The position numbers and the translations under genes were made by a program. Source: Spirochaetia bacterium (lineage in GTDB: Bacteria; Spirochaetota; Spirochaetia; SZUA-6; Bin103). Taken from it: 64,000 nucleotides of DNA. A model generated the notes under the pieces. That model was not told the origin of the DNA. It saw only the letters and a list, made by a program, of their open reading frames with translations, and did not search any database. Positions 51,631 to 61,015 of the stretch are shown piece after piece. The stretch's first letter is position 1; every line of letters starts with the position of its first letter. The stretch spans positions 2,976,001-3,040,000 of the forward strand of contig OZ241863.1 in NCBI GenBank assembly GCA_965203055.1, read 5' to 3'.

Positions 51631-52965
51631 TTGAAGCTCGGTAGATTCGCCGGCTTGGTACTGGGTTCGTTGGCGCTCGTCTATTGCGCGACCACGCCCG
51701 AGCCTGGCGCCGAGCCGCCGGAACTGGACGTTACGGCCGCCGCCGAGCACGCGGCAGCTTTCGCCGAAGCCCGGCGGCAGGCGGCGGTGGCGATCGCCCG
51801 CGCCGAGGACGCGGGCGCCGAAACCCACGATCCGGTTGTGCTGCGGGAGGCGCGCGCCGCACGTCAGGACGGGGAACAGCTGCGTGCGAGCGATCCGGAG
51901 GCAGCCGTCGCGGCGATGGAACGCGCCCGGGACAGGGCCGATACGGCTTGGCGGAACTCCCAGGGAGCGGCGCGGCAACAGCTCGAGTTGGAGATGTCGG
52001 ACCGGCTGCAGGAGCTTAGAGACCTGCAGGCCGACCAAAACAGGCCGGACGAGTATTCCGCCTCCGCAGAGCGGGTGGACCGCGCCATTGATCTGTTCGC
52101 CGCGGGCAGGATTGCCGAAGGTACCGATGAGGCCCAGGCGGTGATTCGGCAAATGGACATGCTTCGCGATTCCATCGAAGCGCAGGTCGCGCGCGTGCTG
52201 AGGTTGAAAGCCGACACCGAGGAGCTGAAAGATCAGCTTGACGCCGCGGCTCAGGCCGATGCCGCCAAGGTGGCCGAAATGAACGAGCGGTATGCTCAGG
52301 GCCAGATGGCGTTGGAGGAACGCGCGCTGGGCGACGCCGAGCTTCATTTCGGAGCGGCCCGGGAGGCCGGCCGGGCGGCGCTGGCGGGGGTCGCCGCCGG
52401 CACCGGCGCCGAGGGGGTCCGCGCGCAGGTCGAGACGCTGCTGCGCGCCGTCATGAACGATCTCGAGAGCGCTTCCGGGCTGATGGTCGTCACCGACGAC
52501 GAGAGGATAGTCAATCCGGCGCCGTGGCAGGGCGCCCGGTTCCTGAGCGGAGAGGGAGCGGCCGCCGCGGCGCTGCCGGCGCGGGGGGAGACCACGGTCG
52601 AACAGGTGCCGCAGCACGAGCTGCTGCAACGCGCCAAGGAGTTGTGGCTGCAGGCCGCGGCGCGGCGCAACGCCGGCGACTATCGCCAGGCCGCCGCCCA
52701 CCTCGAGCTGGCGCAGCGCCACCACGACGAGTACGTGGCGCTGGCGGTAATGACTACCTACACCGTGCGGCTGATTCCCGAGCGCCGTGAGTCGCTGTGG
52801 CGCATCGCGGAATATGACCACATCTATGGCAACCCCCGGCTGTGGCCCAGGATCTGGCACCGGAATCGCAAGCTGATTCAGGACCCGGATCTGATCTTCC
52901 CGGGCTGGCAACTCTACATCCCTCCGGCGCAAGTGTCCGGCGAGGCGCCGCCCGCCGCGCAATAG
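51631..52965 (+). CDS. LysM-domain lipoprotein
   Basis: Lipobox-like LVYC, helical body, C-terminal YTV..ESLWRIA..IYGNP.LWP.IW..N...I.DPDLIFPG. Confidence 0.8.
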   Translation: MKLGRFAGLVLGSLALVYCATTPEPGAEPPELDVTAAAEHAAAFAEARRQAAVAIARAEDAGAETHDPVVLREARAARQDGEQLRASDPEAAVAAMERARDRADTAWRNSQGAARQQLELEMSDRLQELRDLQADQNRPDEYSASAERVDRAIDLFAAGRIAEGTDEAQAVIRQMDMLRDSIEAQVARVLRLKADTEELKDQLDAAAQADAAKVAEMNERYAQGQMALEERALGDAELHFGAAREAGRAALAGVAAGTGAEGVRAQVETLLRAVMNDLESASGLMVVTDDERIVNPAPWQGARFLSGEGAAAAALPARGETTVEQVPQHELLQRAKELWLQAAARRNAGDYRQAAAHLELAQRHHDEYVALAVMTTYTVRLIPERRESLWRIAEYDHIYGNPRLWPRIWHRNRKLIQDPDLIFPGWQLYIPPAQVSGEAPPAAQ

Positions 52966-53017
52966 CCGGCGCGGTCGGCCGCGGTCCTTAAAGCGCCGCC
53001 GGCGCCGGTTGGCACCC

Positions 53018-54562
53018 GTGAATCCCCCGCTCCTGTGTCTGTGCCTCACGGCTCCCACGCTGGCCGAGAACCTGGCGCAGGCGCGGCGCTTTCAGGCGCT
53101 GGTGGACCTGGTCGAGTTGCGCGTGGATCTGCTGCGCCCGTCCCAGTGGTCGGGTATCGCGCGCTTTCCGTTGGAGTGCCCGCTGCCGGCCCTGTGCACC
53201 ATCCGGCGGGTCCGCGACGGCGGAAGCTGGCCGGCCCCGGAACACACCCGCCGGCGCCTGCTGCGGGCCGCGGCCGCCGCCCGCTACCGCTACCTCGACC
53301 TGGAAGCGGACCTGCCCGCCGCCGCGGTGGCGGTGCCGCCGCGCGGCCCGCGCATAATCCGCTCGCTGCACGACCTGCGGGGCACTCCCGACAACCTGGA
53401 CTCGCTGCTGCGCGGGCTGGCGCGCGGCGCGCGGGAAATCCCGAAGCTGGCGGTGACGCCGCACGGGGTGGGCGACTTGGCGCGCATCGTGACCGCCGCG
53501 CGCGCGGCCGCGGGGCCGCGCATCGTGCTTGGCATGGGAGATTACGGCGTGCCAAGCCGGCTGTTGGCGGCGCGCCTGGGATCGTGGCTGACCTTTACCT
53601 CCGCCGGGCCGCGGCGCGCGGCCCCGGGACAGCTCGACCCGGTGACGCTGCAGCGCCGCTACCGGTTTCACTCGCTGCGCGCCGACACCCCGGTGTACGG
53701 CGTGATCGGCAATCCGGTAGCCCATTCGCGTTCGCCCGAGGTGCACAACCGCGGTCTGGCCGCGGCCGGGGCGGAGGGCGTGTACGTGCCGTTTCGGGTG
53801 GACTCGGCGGCGCAGTTCCTGGCGTTGGCGCCGGCGCTGGGAGTACGCGGGCTGTCGGTGACCATCCCGCACAAGGAGGCGGTAATCCCGCTGCTGGCGC
53901 GGTGCGACGCGTCGGTACGCGGCTGCGGCGCCTGCAACACGTTGGTGTGGGAACGGGGCGGCTGGACCGGTTACAACACCGACGCCGCCGGCTTCCTGGC
54001 GCCCCTGCGGCCGGAGCTTGCTGCCGGCCGCATCCGCCGGGCCACGGTCGTCGGCGCCGGGGGCGCCGCGCGGGCGATCGTCTGGGCGCTGCGCGGCGCC
54101 GGCGTGGAGGTGCTCATCGCCAACCGCCATCTGCCGCGGGCGCAACGGCTCGCGGCCGAGATGGGGGCCGCGGCCGCGGCGCTGTCGGCCGCCGACCTGG
54201 CGCAGCGCAGCGCCGGCTACCGCGATCTGATCGTGCAGGCTACCAGCGTGGGGATGCACGCCGGCGGCGAACCGGAGCCCGCGGCCGCCGGTGACCCGCT
54301 CGCCGCGCTGCCGCTCGCCGGCCGCGAGATCGTGTACGACATCGTCTATACGCCCCCCGAAACGCCGCTGCTGCGGCGGGCGCGGGCCGCCGGGTGTCAG
54401 GTGATCGCCGGCGGGGAGATGCTGCTCGGTCAGGCCGGCGAGCAGTTTTGCCTGTTTACCGGGAAGAAATACCCCGCCGGCGAACGGGCGCGCATGAGCG
54501 CCGCGTTGAGCGGCGCGGCGGGCGCCGGCCGTCAAGTGCCGGCGCCCGCGCGTCGATATTGA
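53018..54562 (+). CDS. aroDE: Bifunctional type I 3-dehydroquinate dehydratase / shikimate dehydrogenase
   Basis: ELRVD, SLHD, PKLA, APGQ, then HSRSP..HN, SVTIPHK, NTD, GAGGAARA. Confidence 0.88.
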   Translation: MNPPLLCLCLTAPTLAENLAQARRFQALVDLVELRVDLLRPSQWSGIARFPLECPLPALCTIRRVRDGGSWPAPEHTRRRLLRAAAAARYRYLDLEADLPAAAVAVPPRGPRIIRSLHDLRGTPDNLDSLLRGLARGAREIPKLAVTPHGVGDLARIVTAARAAAGPRIVLGMGDYGVPSRLLAARLGSWLTFTSAGPRRAAPGQLDPVTLQRRYRFHSLRADTPVYGVIGNPVAHSRSPEVHNRGLAAAGAEGVYVPFRVDSAAQFLALAPALGVRGLSVTIPHKEAVIPLLARCDASVRGCGACNTLVWERGGWTGYNTDAAGFLAPLRPELAAGRIRRATVVGAGGAARAIVWALRGAGVEVLIANRHLPRAQRLAAEMGAAAAALSAADLAQRSAGYRDLIVQATSVGMHAGGEPEPAAAGDPLAALPLAGREIVYDIVYTPPETPLLRRARAAGCQVIAGGEMLLGQAGEQFCLFTGKKYPAGERARMSAALSGAAGAGRQVPAPARRY

Positions 54563-54602
54563 AGCGTACGGACAGCCATGCTGCGCGCAGGGGGTATGCC
54601 AC

Positions 54603-55361
54603 GTGGATTCGCGAAATCGGCTCTGGTGGGTAATAGGAGGAGTCGGCCTCCTGCTGGTCGTGGTGCTGACCGGAGGACTCTTCTGGTTGAGTCCGGTGGA
54701 CTCGTCGGCGCCTGCCGACGACCTTGCGCTGCCGCCTCGGCAGCAGGGCACGGCGGCGTTCGAGTACGTGGCCGGACAAGCTGCCTCCGGCTCGGAAGGG
54801 CAGGCCGCCACTGCCGCGGGCGCCGGCGCGCGCGATACCCAGGCCGCGTTCACCGGCGGCGCGGTTGCGGCCGCGAATGGCGCTGAACCGACCGCCCCGG
54901 CAGCGCGCGCGGTGCCGCGGATAACGGTGGACCAGCCGGCGCCGGCCACGCCGGCGGCGGCCCCGGCCGTGCGCGCCATTCCCACCACCAGCGCCCGGAC
55001 GACCGCCGCGCCGGCCGCCGCCCGTACCCCGGCCGCCGCCAGCCCGCGCCCCGAGCCGGTCTCGGTGCGCGCCGTTCCGGCGCCGCCGGCGCTTGCCCCG
55101 GCCACGCCGTTGCATGAGTTCTGGGTACAGGTGGGGAGCTTTGCCAGCCGCAAGCGGGCGGACGACCTCGGCCAGCGGCTGAGCGACCAGGGCATCGTCA
55201 GCCGCGTTACCACCCGCAATTCGGGCGCCGAGGTGTTCTTTCGCGTCCGCGTCGGCCCCTATGCCAGCCGCGCGGAAGCGGAGAAGTTCCTCGCCTGGGT
55301 GAAGCGGGTCGACGGCCTGGACGGGAGTTACATCGCCTCGGTGCGCAACGCCGGCGGCTAG
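54603..55361 (+). CDS. SPOR-domain cell envelope/division protein
   Basis: N-terminal TM, Pro/Ala-rich linker, WVQVGSF...FRVRVGPY. Confidence 0.85.
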   Translation: MDSRNRLWWVIGGVGLLLVVVLTGGLFWLSPVDSSAPADDLALPPRQQGTAAFEYVAGQAASGSEGQAATAAGAGARDTQAAFTGGAVAAANGAEPTAPAARAVPRITVDQPAPATPAAAPAVRAIPTTSARTTAAPAAARTPAAASPRPEPVSVRAVPAPPALAPATPLHEFWVQVGSFASRKRADDLGQRLSDQGIVSRVTTRNSGAEVFFRVRVGPYASRAEAEKFLAWVKRVDGLDGSYIASVRNAGG

Positions 55362-55434
55362 CGACTCCGGTTCCCGGGCTTCGCCGGGCGGGGCGGCGTT
55401 GGCCGGGCGCCGCCAGGCATGCTAACGTGCGCCG

Positions 55435-56613
55435 ATGGCAGCCACCGATCTCGGGGTGTCGCGGGACGCGCCGAACAGCAACGCCGCGCCCGGCATCATG
55501 CAGATCGCCCCGTACGTGCCGGGACGCACCATCGAGGAGGTGGCGCGGGAACTGGGGCTGACCGACGTCATCAAGCTCGCGTCCAACGAAAACCCGCTCG
55601 GCGTCAGCCCCAAGGCGGCCGCCGCCATGAGCGCGGCGCTGCAGCGTTCCCACCGCTATCCCGAGATTACCAACCCGTTGCTGCAAGATGCCCTGGGGCG
55701 CGCCAACGCGGTCCCGCCGGAGTGCGTGCTCACCGGCAACGGGGCCGACTCCGTGCTCTACGCCGCGGCGCTGGCGTTCCTGCGTCCCGGGGACGAAGTG
55801 CTGGTGCCGCAGATTACCTTCGACGTGTACCGTACGGTGGCGCTGACCAAGGGAGCGGCGGTGACCGAGGTGCCGATGCCGAACCTGCGCCTCACCGCGG
55901 CCGGCGTGTTGGAGCGGATCACCGGGCGCACCCGGATGGTGTTCATCTGCAACCCGAACAATCCGACCGGCGCGCTGTTTTCGCGTCCGGCCATGGCGCG
56001 GCTGCTGGCGGAGCTGCCGGAGCGCGTGGTGCTGGTGCATGACGAAGTGTACCGGGAGTTCGCCGAGCCGGCCGCGTTCCCCGACCTGGCGCCGCGGGTC
56101 GCCGCCGGTCAGGGCAACCTGATTCTGGTGCGCAGCATGGCCAAGGCATACGGGCTGGCCGGGGTGCGGTTCGGCTACGGCATCATGGCGCCGGCCACCG
56201 CGGCCCTGCTGCAGCGCGTGCGGCCGCCGTTCGATACGTCGGTCCTGGCGCAGGCGGCGGCGCTGGCGGCCATCGACGATGACGAGTTTCTCGAACGCAC
56301 GCTGGAGCTCAATCGCCGCGGCAAGCGTCAACTGTACGCGGCCTGCGCTCGTCTCGGCCTGACGGTGGTACCCTCGCATGCCAACTTCGTTCTGGTGGAC
56401 GTGGGGCGCGGCGCGCGCGCCGTGGCGCAGCGGTTGTTGGAGCAGGGAATCATCGTGCGCACCCCGCGCCATCCCGCCCTGGCCCGCTACCTGCGGGTGA
56501 GCATCGGAACCGCGGCGCAGATGCAGCGCTTCACCGCCGCACTGGAGGAGACGCTGGCCGCGCCCGGCAGCCGCGGCGGCGGCGACCGCGGCGGCGCGTC
56601 ACCGAGCCGGTAG
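55435..56613 (+). CDS. hisC: Histidinol-phosphate aminotransferase
   Basis: IKLASNENP, GNGAD, CNPNNPTG, DEVY, RSMAKAYGLAGVR. Confidence 0.9.
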   Translation: MAATDLGVSRDAPNSNAAPGIMQIAPYVPGRTIEEVARELGLTDVIKLASNENPLGVSPKAAAAMSAALQRSHRYPEITNPLLQDALGRANAVPPECVLTGNGADSVLYAAALAFLRPGDEVLVPQITFDVYRTVALTKGAAVTEVPMPNLRLTAAGVLERITGRTRMVFICNPNNPTGALFSRPAMARLLAELPERVVLVHDEVYREFAEPAAFPDLAPRVAAGQGNLILVRSMAKAYGLAGVRFGYGIMAPATAALLQRVRPPFDTSVLAQAAALAAIDDDEFLERTLELNRRGKRQLYAACARLGLTVVPSHANFVLVDVGRGARAVAQRLLEQGIIVRTPRHPALARYLRVSIGTAAQMQRFTAALEETLAAPGSRGGGDRGGASPSR

Positions 56614-56619
56614 CCGGTC

Positions 56620-57309
56620 ATGCTTCGCCGGGCCCGGCCCGCGCGGGGTTGGGCCCCGGCCTGCGGCGCGCTGGCCGCCGCCGCCACCCTGCTGGCAGTG
56701 CTGGCCGCCTGCGAGACCAGCCCTCCCGAACTATACGAGTTGCAGTGGCAGTTGCTCGACTTCGACGACCGCGAGCTTGGCCGCCGCTACGAGAGCCTGA
56801 GCCTGTTCGTCCGCGCCGGCGACGAGGACGGCGCGGACGATCTGGATGAACTCTACGTAATCCTGGACAGCGCCGAGCTGTTCTGGCGCCTCACCGCGGC
56901 CACCTGGACCCGGCGCGAGCAGGGCGGCTCGGCCTGGGTCGGCTCCGCCGCGCTCAGCATGCCGGGCCGGGAGCCGTTTCCGGCGGGGGAATATCGCCTG
57001 CTGCTGCTGGATCTCGGCGGCCAGCGGGACAGCGCCCGGTTCGTGCTGCCGGCGCAACGGCGCCCGACGCCGGCGCCGGAGGTGCGCGCCAGCGGCTCCC
57101 GGTTCGAAGTGCGCGGGGCGGCCGGGTACGAGTTGTGGGTAATGACCGGGAACGAACCGGTCATCACGCTGCCGGCCGCGGGGGAGGTCGATCTGGAACA
57201 GGAAGTCGATTTCCGCGCCGGAGCGCGGTACCAGGTATACGTGTTCGGGCAGGACGAAGGGGCCGACAAGGGATTCCTGAGCGGGCCCTACCCCTGGCAG
57301 GCGCCGTGA
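56620..57309 (+). CDS. Hypothetical lipoprotein
   Basis: Signal peptide with LAAC lipobox. Confidence 0.6.
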   Translation: MLRRARPARGWAPACGALAAAATLLAVLAACETSPPELYELQWQLLDFDDRELGRRYESLSLFVRAGDEDGADDLDELYVILDSAELFWRLTAATWTRREQGGSAWVGSAALSMPGREPFPAGEYRLLLLDLGGQRDSARFVLPAQRRPTPAPEVRASGSRFEVRGAAGYELWVMTGNEPVITLPAAGEVDLEQEVDFRAGARYQVYVFGQDEGADKGFLSGPYPWQAP

Positions 57310-57318
57310 TCCGAACCA

Positions 57319-57391
57319 TGCCGCCGAGCAGAATCGAACTGCTGACACGAGGATTTTCAGTCCTCTGCTCTACCATCTGAGCTACAGCGGC
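57319..57391 (-). tRNA. tRNA-Phe(GAA), CCA not encoded
   Basis: GCCGCTGTAGCTCAGATGGTAGAGCAGAGGACTGAAAATCCTCGTGTCAGCAGTTCGATTCTGCTCGGCGGCA folds as a cloverleaf with anticodon GAA. Confidence 0.96.
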
Positions 57392-57416
57392 TTCGCTAAA
57401 CCTTCAGGGCCCGCAT

Positions 57417-57445
57417 AGTCTACGCTTTGGCGGCCCCAGGGTCAA
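57417..57445 (-). promoter_or_regulatory. sigma70 promoter of tRNA-Phe
   Basis: TTGACC-17 nt-TAGACT. Confidence 0.65.
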
Positions 57446-57461
57446 TATCGAGGCCGGCGGA

Positions 57462-58463
57462 TCAGGCGTGCTCGCCGAGGTAGCGTTCCGCTTCCATGGC
57501 GGCCATGCAACCGCTGCCGGCAGCGGTCACCGCCTGCCGGTACACCTTGTCCTGCACGTCGCCGCAGGCGAACACCCCCGGTTTGCTGGTGACCGTCGAG
57601 TCACCCGGGGTGACCAGGTAACCGGTGGCGTCGGTCTCCAGTTGGCCTGCCAGGAAGGCGGTGTTGGGCTCGTGGCCGATGGCGAAGAACAGCCCGCCGG
57701 CCGGCATCTCGCCGGCGGCGCCGCTCTTGACGTTGCGCGTGCCTACCCCGGCGACCAGCTCGTCACCGAGCACCTCGGTCAGGACCGTGTCCCACGACAC
57801 CTCGATCTTGTCGTTGGCGAACACCCGTTGCTGCATCGCCTTCGACGCGCGCATCCGGTCGCGGCGGACCAGCATGGTCACGCTGCTGGCGTACCGGGTC
57901 AGGAAGGTCGCTTCCTCGGCCGCGGTGTCGCCGCCGCCCACCACCACCAGCCGCTTGCCGCGGAACACCGGCAGCGCGCCGTCGCACACCGCGCAGGCCG
58001 AAATCCCGCGCTGCCACAGGCGCTCGGCGCCGGGAACCTCCAGGCGCTTGGCGGTGGCGCCGGTGGCGATGATCAGGGTGCGGGTACGCACCGTGCCGCC
58101 GCTTTCGGTGGTCACCGCGTAGGGCGGCTCAGCCAAGTCCACCCGGCTGACGGTCTCGGTCACGATGCGCGCGCCGCTGCGTTCCGACTGCCGGCGCATC
58201 AGGTACATCAACTCGGGGCCGCCGATGCCGTCGGGGAAGCCGGGGTAGTTCTCGACCTCGGTAGTGGTGGTGAGCTGGCCGCCGGCGGCCACCCCGCCGG
58301 CCATGAACCCCTCGTACATCAGCGGCTCCAGCATGGCGCGGCCGGCGTACACCGCGGCGGTGTGTCCCGCCGGCCCGGAGCCGATGATGACGCAGTTCTC
58401 GACTTTTTCAGGACCGCCGCCGCTGCCGTTCGCCGCGGCGGCGTAGCGGCGCGCTCCGCGCAT
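57462..58463 (-). CDS. trxB: Thioredoxin reductase
   Basis: [28 protein letters not shown]. Confidence 0.95.
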   Translation of the reverse strand: MRGARRYAAAANGSGGGPEKVENCVIIGSGPAGHTAAVYAGRAMLEPLMYEGFMAGGVAAGGQLTTTTEVENYPGFPDGIGGPELMYLMRRQSERSGARIVTETVSRVDLAEPPYAVTTESGGTVRTRTLIIATGATAKRLEVPGAERLWQRGISACAVCDGALPVFRGKRLVVVGGGDTAAEEATFLTRYASSVTMLVRRDRMRASKAMQQRVFANDKIEVSWDTVLTEVLGDELVAGVGTRNVKSGAAGEMPAGGLFFAIGHEPNTAFLAGQLETDATGYLVTPGDSTVTSKPGVFACGDVQDKVYRQAVTAAGSGCMAAMEAERYLGEHA

Positions 58464-58470
58464 GGGCGCC

Positions 58471-59073
58471 CTAGGCCGCGAAGCGCTCGGCTACGGCGTC
58501 CCAGTTGATGACGTTGAAGAAGGCGGCGATGTAGTCGGGCCGCCGGTTCTGATACTTCAGGTAGTAGGCGTGCTCCCACACGTCCATGCCCAGCAGCGGG
58601 GTGTCGCCCTGCATCAGCGGGCTGTCCTGATTGGCGGTGCTGTATACGGCCACGCCGCCGCCGCTGCTCTTGACCAGCCAGGCCCAGCCGCTGCCGAAGC
58701 GCTTGGTGCCGGCGTCGGCGAACTTCTCCTTGAAGCCCGCGAAGCTGCCGCAGGCCTGGTTGATGGCGTTGGCCAGGGCGCCGCTCGGCTCCCCGCCGCC
58801 GTCCGGTCCCATCACCGACCAGAACAGGCTATGGTTGGCGTGACCGCCGCCGTTGTTCTGCACCGCGGTGCGGATGTCGGCCGGCACCTGCGAAATGTCG
58901 CGCAGCAGCTTCTCGATGCTCCAACTCTCGAACTCGGTGCCGCCCACCGCGGCGTTGAGGTTGGTCACGTAGGTGGCGTGATGCTTGTCGTGGTGGATGG
59001 TCATGGTCTGCGCATCGATGTGCGGTTCCAGGGCGTCGTAGGCGTAGGGCAGGGGCGGCGTCTCAAAGGCCAT
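58471..59073 (-). CDS. sodA: Superoxide dismutase, Mn-type signature
   Basis: [26 protein letters not shown]. Confidence 0.92.
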   Translation of the reverse strand: MAFETPPLPYAYDALEPHIDAQTMTIHHDKHHATYVTNLNAAVGGTEFESWSIEKLLRDISQVPADIRTAVQNNGGGHANHSLFWSVMGPDGGGEPSGALANAINQACGSFAGFKEKFADAGTKRFGSGWAWLVKSSGGGVAVYSTANQDSPLMQGDTPLLGMDVWEHAYYLKYQNRRPDYIAAFFNVINWDAVAERFAA

Positions 59074-59173
59074 CTGCAACTCCTCGTAACGGGTATTTTC
59101 GAAAGAGGCGTGGATTTCCGGGCCAAGCCGGCGCGCCTCAACGCGGCAAAAGTATCAGCCCGCCCGTAACCGG

Positions 59174-60331
59174 TCAAGGTTGCTGCGGCGCCGCGGCGCC
59201 CTCGGCGGCGGCGGCGGCGAGCGCCAGTTCTTCGTCGATGACCTCCGCCAAGCGCTCGAACCGCACCGCTCCTCCGCCCAGCGAGCGGCCGTTCACGAAC
59301 AGCGCGGGGGTGCCCGTGACCCCGGCCGCGGTGCCGGCGCGCAGGTCGGCGCGCACCGCCGCGTAGTACCGGTCCGAATCGAGGCAGCGGTCGAAGGCCG
59401 CGCCGTCCAGCCCCAGCCGGCGCGCCATCTCCTTGAGGGAGGAAACTTCGAGCGAGTCCTGCTCGGCGAACATCAGGTCGTGCAGCTCCCAGAACTTGCC
59501 CTGCTCCCGGGCGCACGACGCTGCTTCCGCCGCCTTTTGGGCATGGGGATGGATCGCGTCGAGCGGAAAGTGGCGGTAGACGATGCGCAGCTTGCCGGCA
59601 TAGTCCCGCTTGGCGCGCTCCAGAGTCGGCAGCAGGCGGGCGCAGAACGGACACTGGAAGTCGGAGAACTCGACGACGGTCACCGGCGCGTCCGGCGGCC
59701 CGAACGCGGCGAAGCCGTCGGCGGCCACCTCGAAGCGCAGCGGACCGAGCCGGTACTGCGCGCCGAAGCGCTGCTCCAGGCCGGCGTAGAACCGCTCCTC
59801 GGCCCGGCTCAGCGCCTGCTCCTCCAGGTAGGAGCGGATCTGGCCGGCGACCTGCGCCAGCGGGTAGGGGATGCGCTCCTGGTTCTGCAGGTAGAACGCT
59901 TCGATCGCCTCCTGCTCCACCGGCTGCGCCTCCCGGCGGAGGCCCGCTTCCAGCGCCGCGCGCGTCTCGCCGGTGCGGGCGCTTTCGAGCGCGAGCAGGC
60001 GGTCGCGCACGATCCCGCGCAACACCGACTGCAGCGCCTCGTGGCGGCCGCGCCAGGCGTCGCTCTCGCAGCGCAGGCGCGTCAGCTCGTTCTGTTCCAA
60101 CGCCGGCGCAGCCGCGGCCAGCAGCTCGGCCCGGTCGATGCTCTCGGCCCCGATGCTCGCTACGACCGCTGCGGCCTCATCCTCGGCGGCCAGCGGGAGC
60201 GCGGCGGCCAGCAGCAGGCCGACGGCCAGCAGGAAACCGCCGCCGCAACGCCGCGGCCGCGCCGCCAGCCACGCTGCCGGCACGTCAGCGGTCCATCTTG
60301 GGAAAGTTATTTCCACGGTCATGCGGCTCAT
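59174..60331 (-). CDS. Exported DsbA-family thioredoxin-fold protein
   Basis: EFSDFQCPFC, RHFPL, GVTGTP, preceded by a helical region. Confidence 0.85.
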   Translation of the reverse strand: MSRMTVEITFPRWTADVPAAWLAARPRRCGGGFLLAVGLLLAAALPLAAEDEAAAVVASIGAESIDRAELLAAAAPALEQNELTRLRCESDAWRGRHEALQSVLRGIVRDRLLALESARTGETRAALEAGLRREAQPVEQEAIEAFYLQNQERIPYPLAQVAGQIRSYLEEQALSRAEERFYAGLEQRFGAQYRLGPLRFEVAADGFAAFGPPDAPVTVVEFSDFQCPFCARLLPTLERAKRDYAGKLRIVYRHFPLDAIHPHAQKAAEAASCAREQGKFWELHDLMFAEQDSLEVSSLKEMARRLGLDGAAFDRCLDSDRYYAAVRADLRAGTAAGVTGTPALFVNGRSLGGGAVRFERLAEVIDEELALAAAAAEGAAAPQQP

Positions 60332-60359
60332 GGCGATATTACTCTACTTCTTGCCGGGA

Positions 60360-60998
60360 TCAGGCGCCGGCGCTCTGTTCCGGGACGGCGTCCGCGTCCA
60401 GTTCGATGTCGAAGACCGTGCCGATCTGGTCGTCGGCCAGGGTGTCGGCGGCGGCGCCGGCGGGCAGCTCCAACTGCGCGGAGATCAACTCGGCGGGATC
60501 GACCCCGCGCAGGCGAAACAGCAGTTCCGGGCTGGCGTCCAGTCGATTGCCGATGCCGTAGAGCGCCGCGGCGACGTGCTTGCACATGCTCGCCCAGTCG
60601 GGGCAACTGCACTGCAGCGTAATCTCGCGCGGCTTGGGGAACAAGCCGCGGGCGGGATCGGTCACCACCGCCATCACTTCGTCGGACAATGAGCCGCGCA
60701 ACAGCTCCAGGAGCGAGCCGATCTGGCCGGCGCAACGGGTCTTGATCGCCTGCCAAGCGGCATCCGGCAGCGGCTTGACCCGGACCGTGACGGCGTAGGG
60801 GCGCGGCCGCGAGCCGCTGACCTTGGCCTTCACCCGGCCCGGCTCGATCTCCAGATTCAGGATCGAACCGCGGCGCGCGTAGGTGCGGCCGCGCGGCAGC
60901 CGGTTGGCGAAGTCGGAGAACGACTCCAGATGCGCGCACCAGCGCCGCCCCCAGAAGCTGCGCGCAATGAGATTGCCTTTGATCGTGATCGGCTCCAT
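60360..60998 (-). CDS. SWIM zinc-finger protein
   Basis: NRLPRGRTYAR, CSCPDWASMCKHVAA. Confidence 0.85.
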   Translation of the reverse strand: MEPITIKGNLIARSFWGRRWCAHLESFSDFANRLPRGRTYARRGSILNLEIEPGRVKAKVSGSRPRPYAVTVRVKPLPDAAWQAIKTRCAGQIGSLLELLRGSLSDEVMAVVTDPARGLFPKPREITLQCSCPDWASMCKHVAAALYGIGNRLDASPELLFRLRGVDPAELISAQLELPAGAAADTLADDQIGTVFDIELDADAVPEQSAGA

Positions 60999-61015
60999 CG
61001 TTTTCCCGCTCCTTC

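Noticed and set aside
53018..54562. aroD-aroE fusion as a novelty
   Set aside because: Bifunctional DHQase/SDH is already known from plants and several bacterial phyla.
57319..57391. tRNA-Phe as an island integration site
   Set aside because: No integrase or duplicated tRNA 3' end is seen, and the flanks look like core genes.
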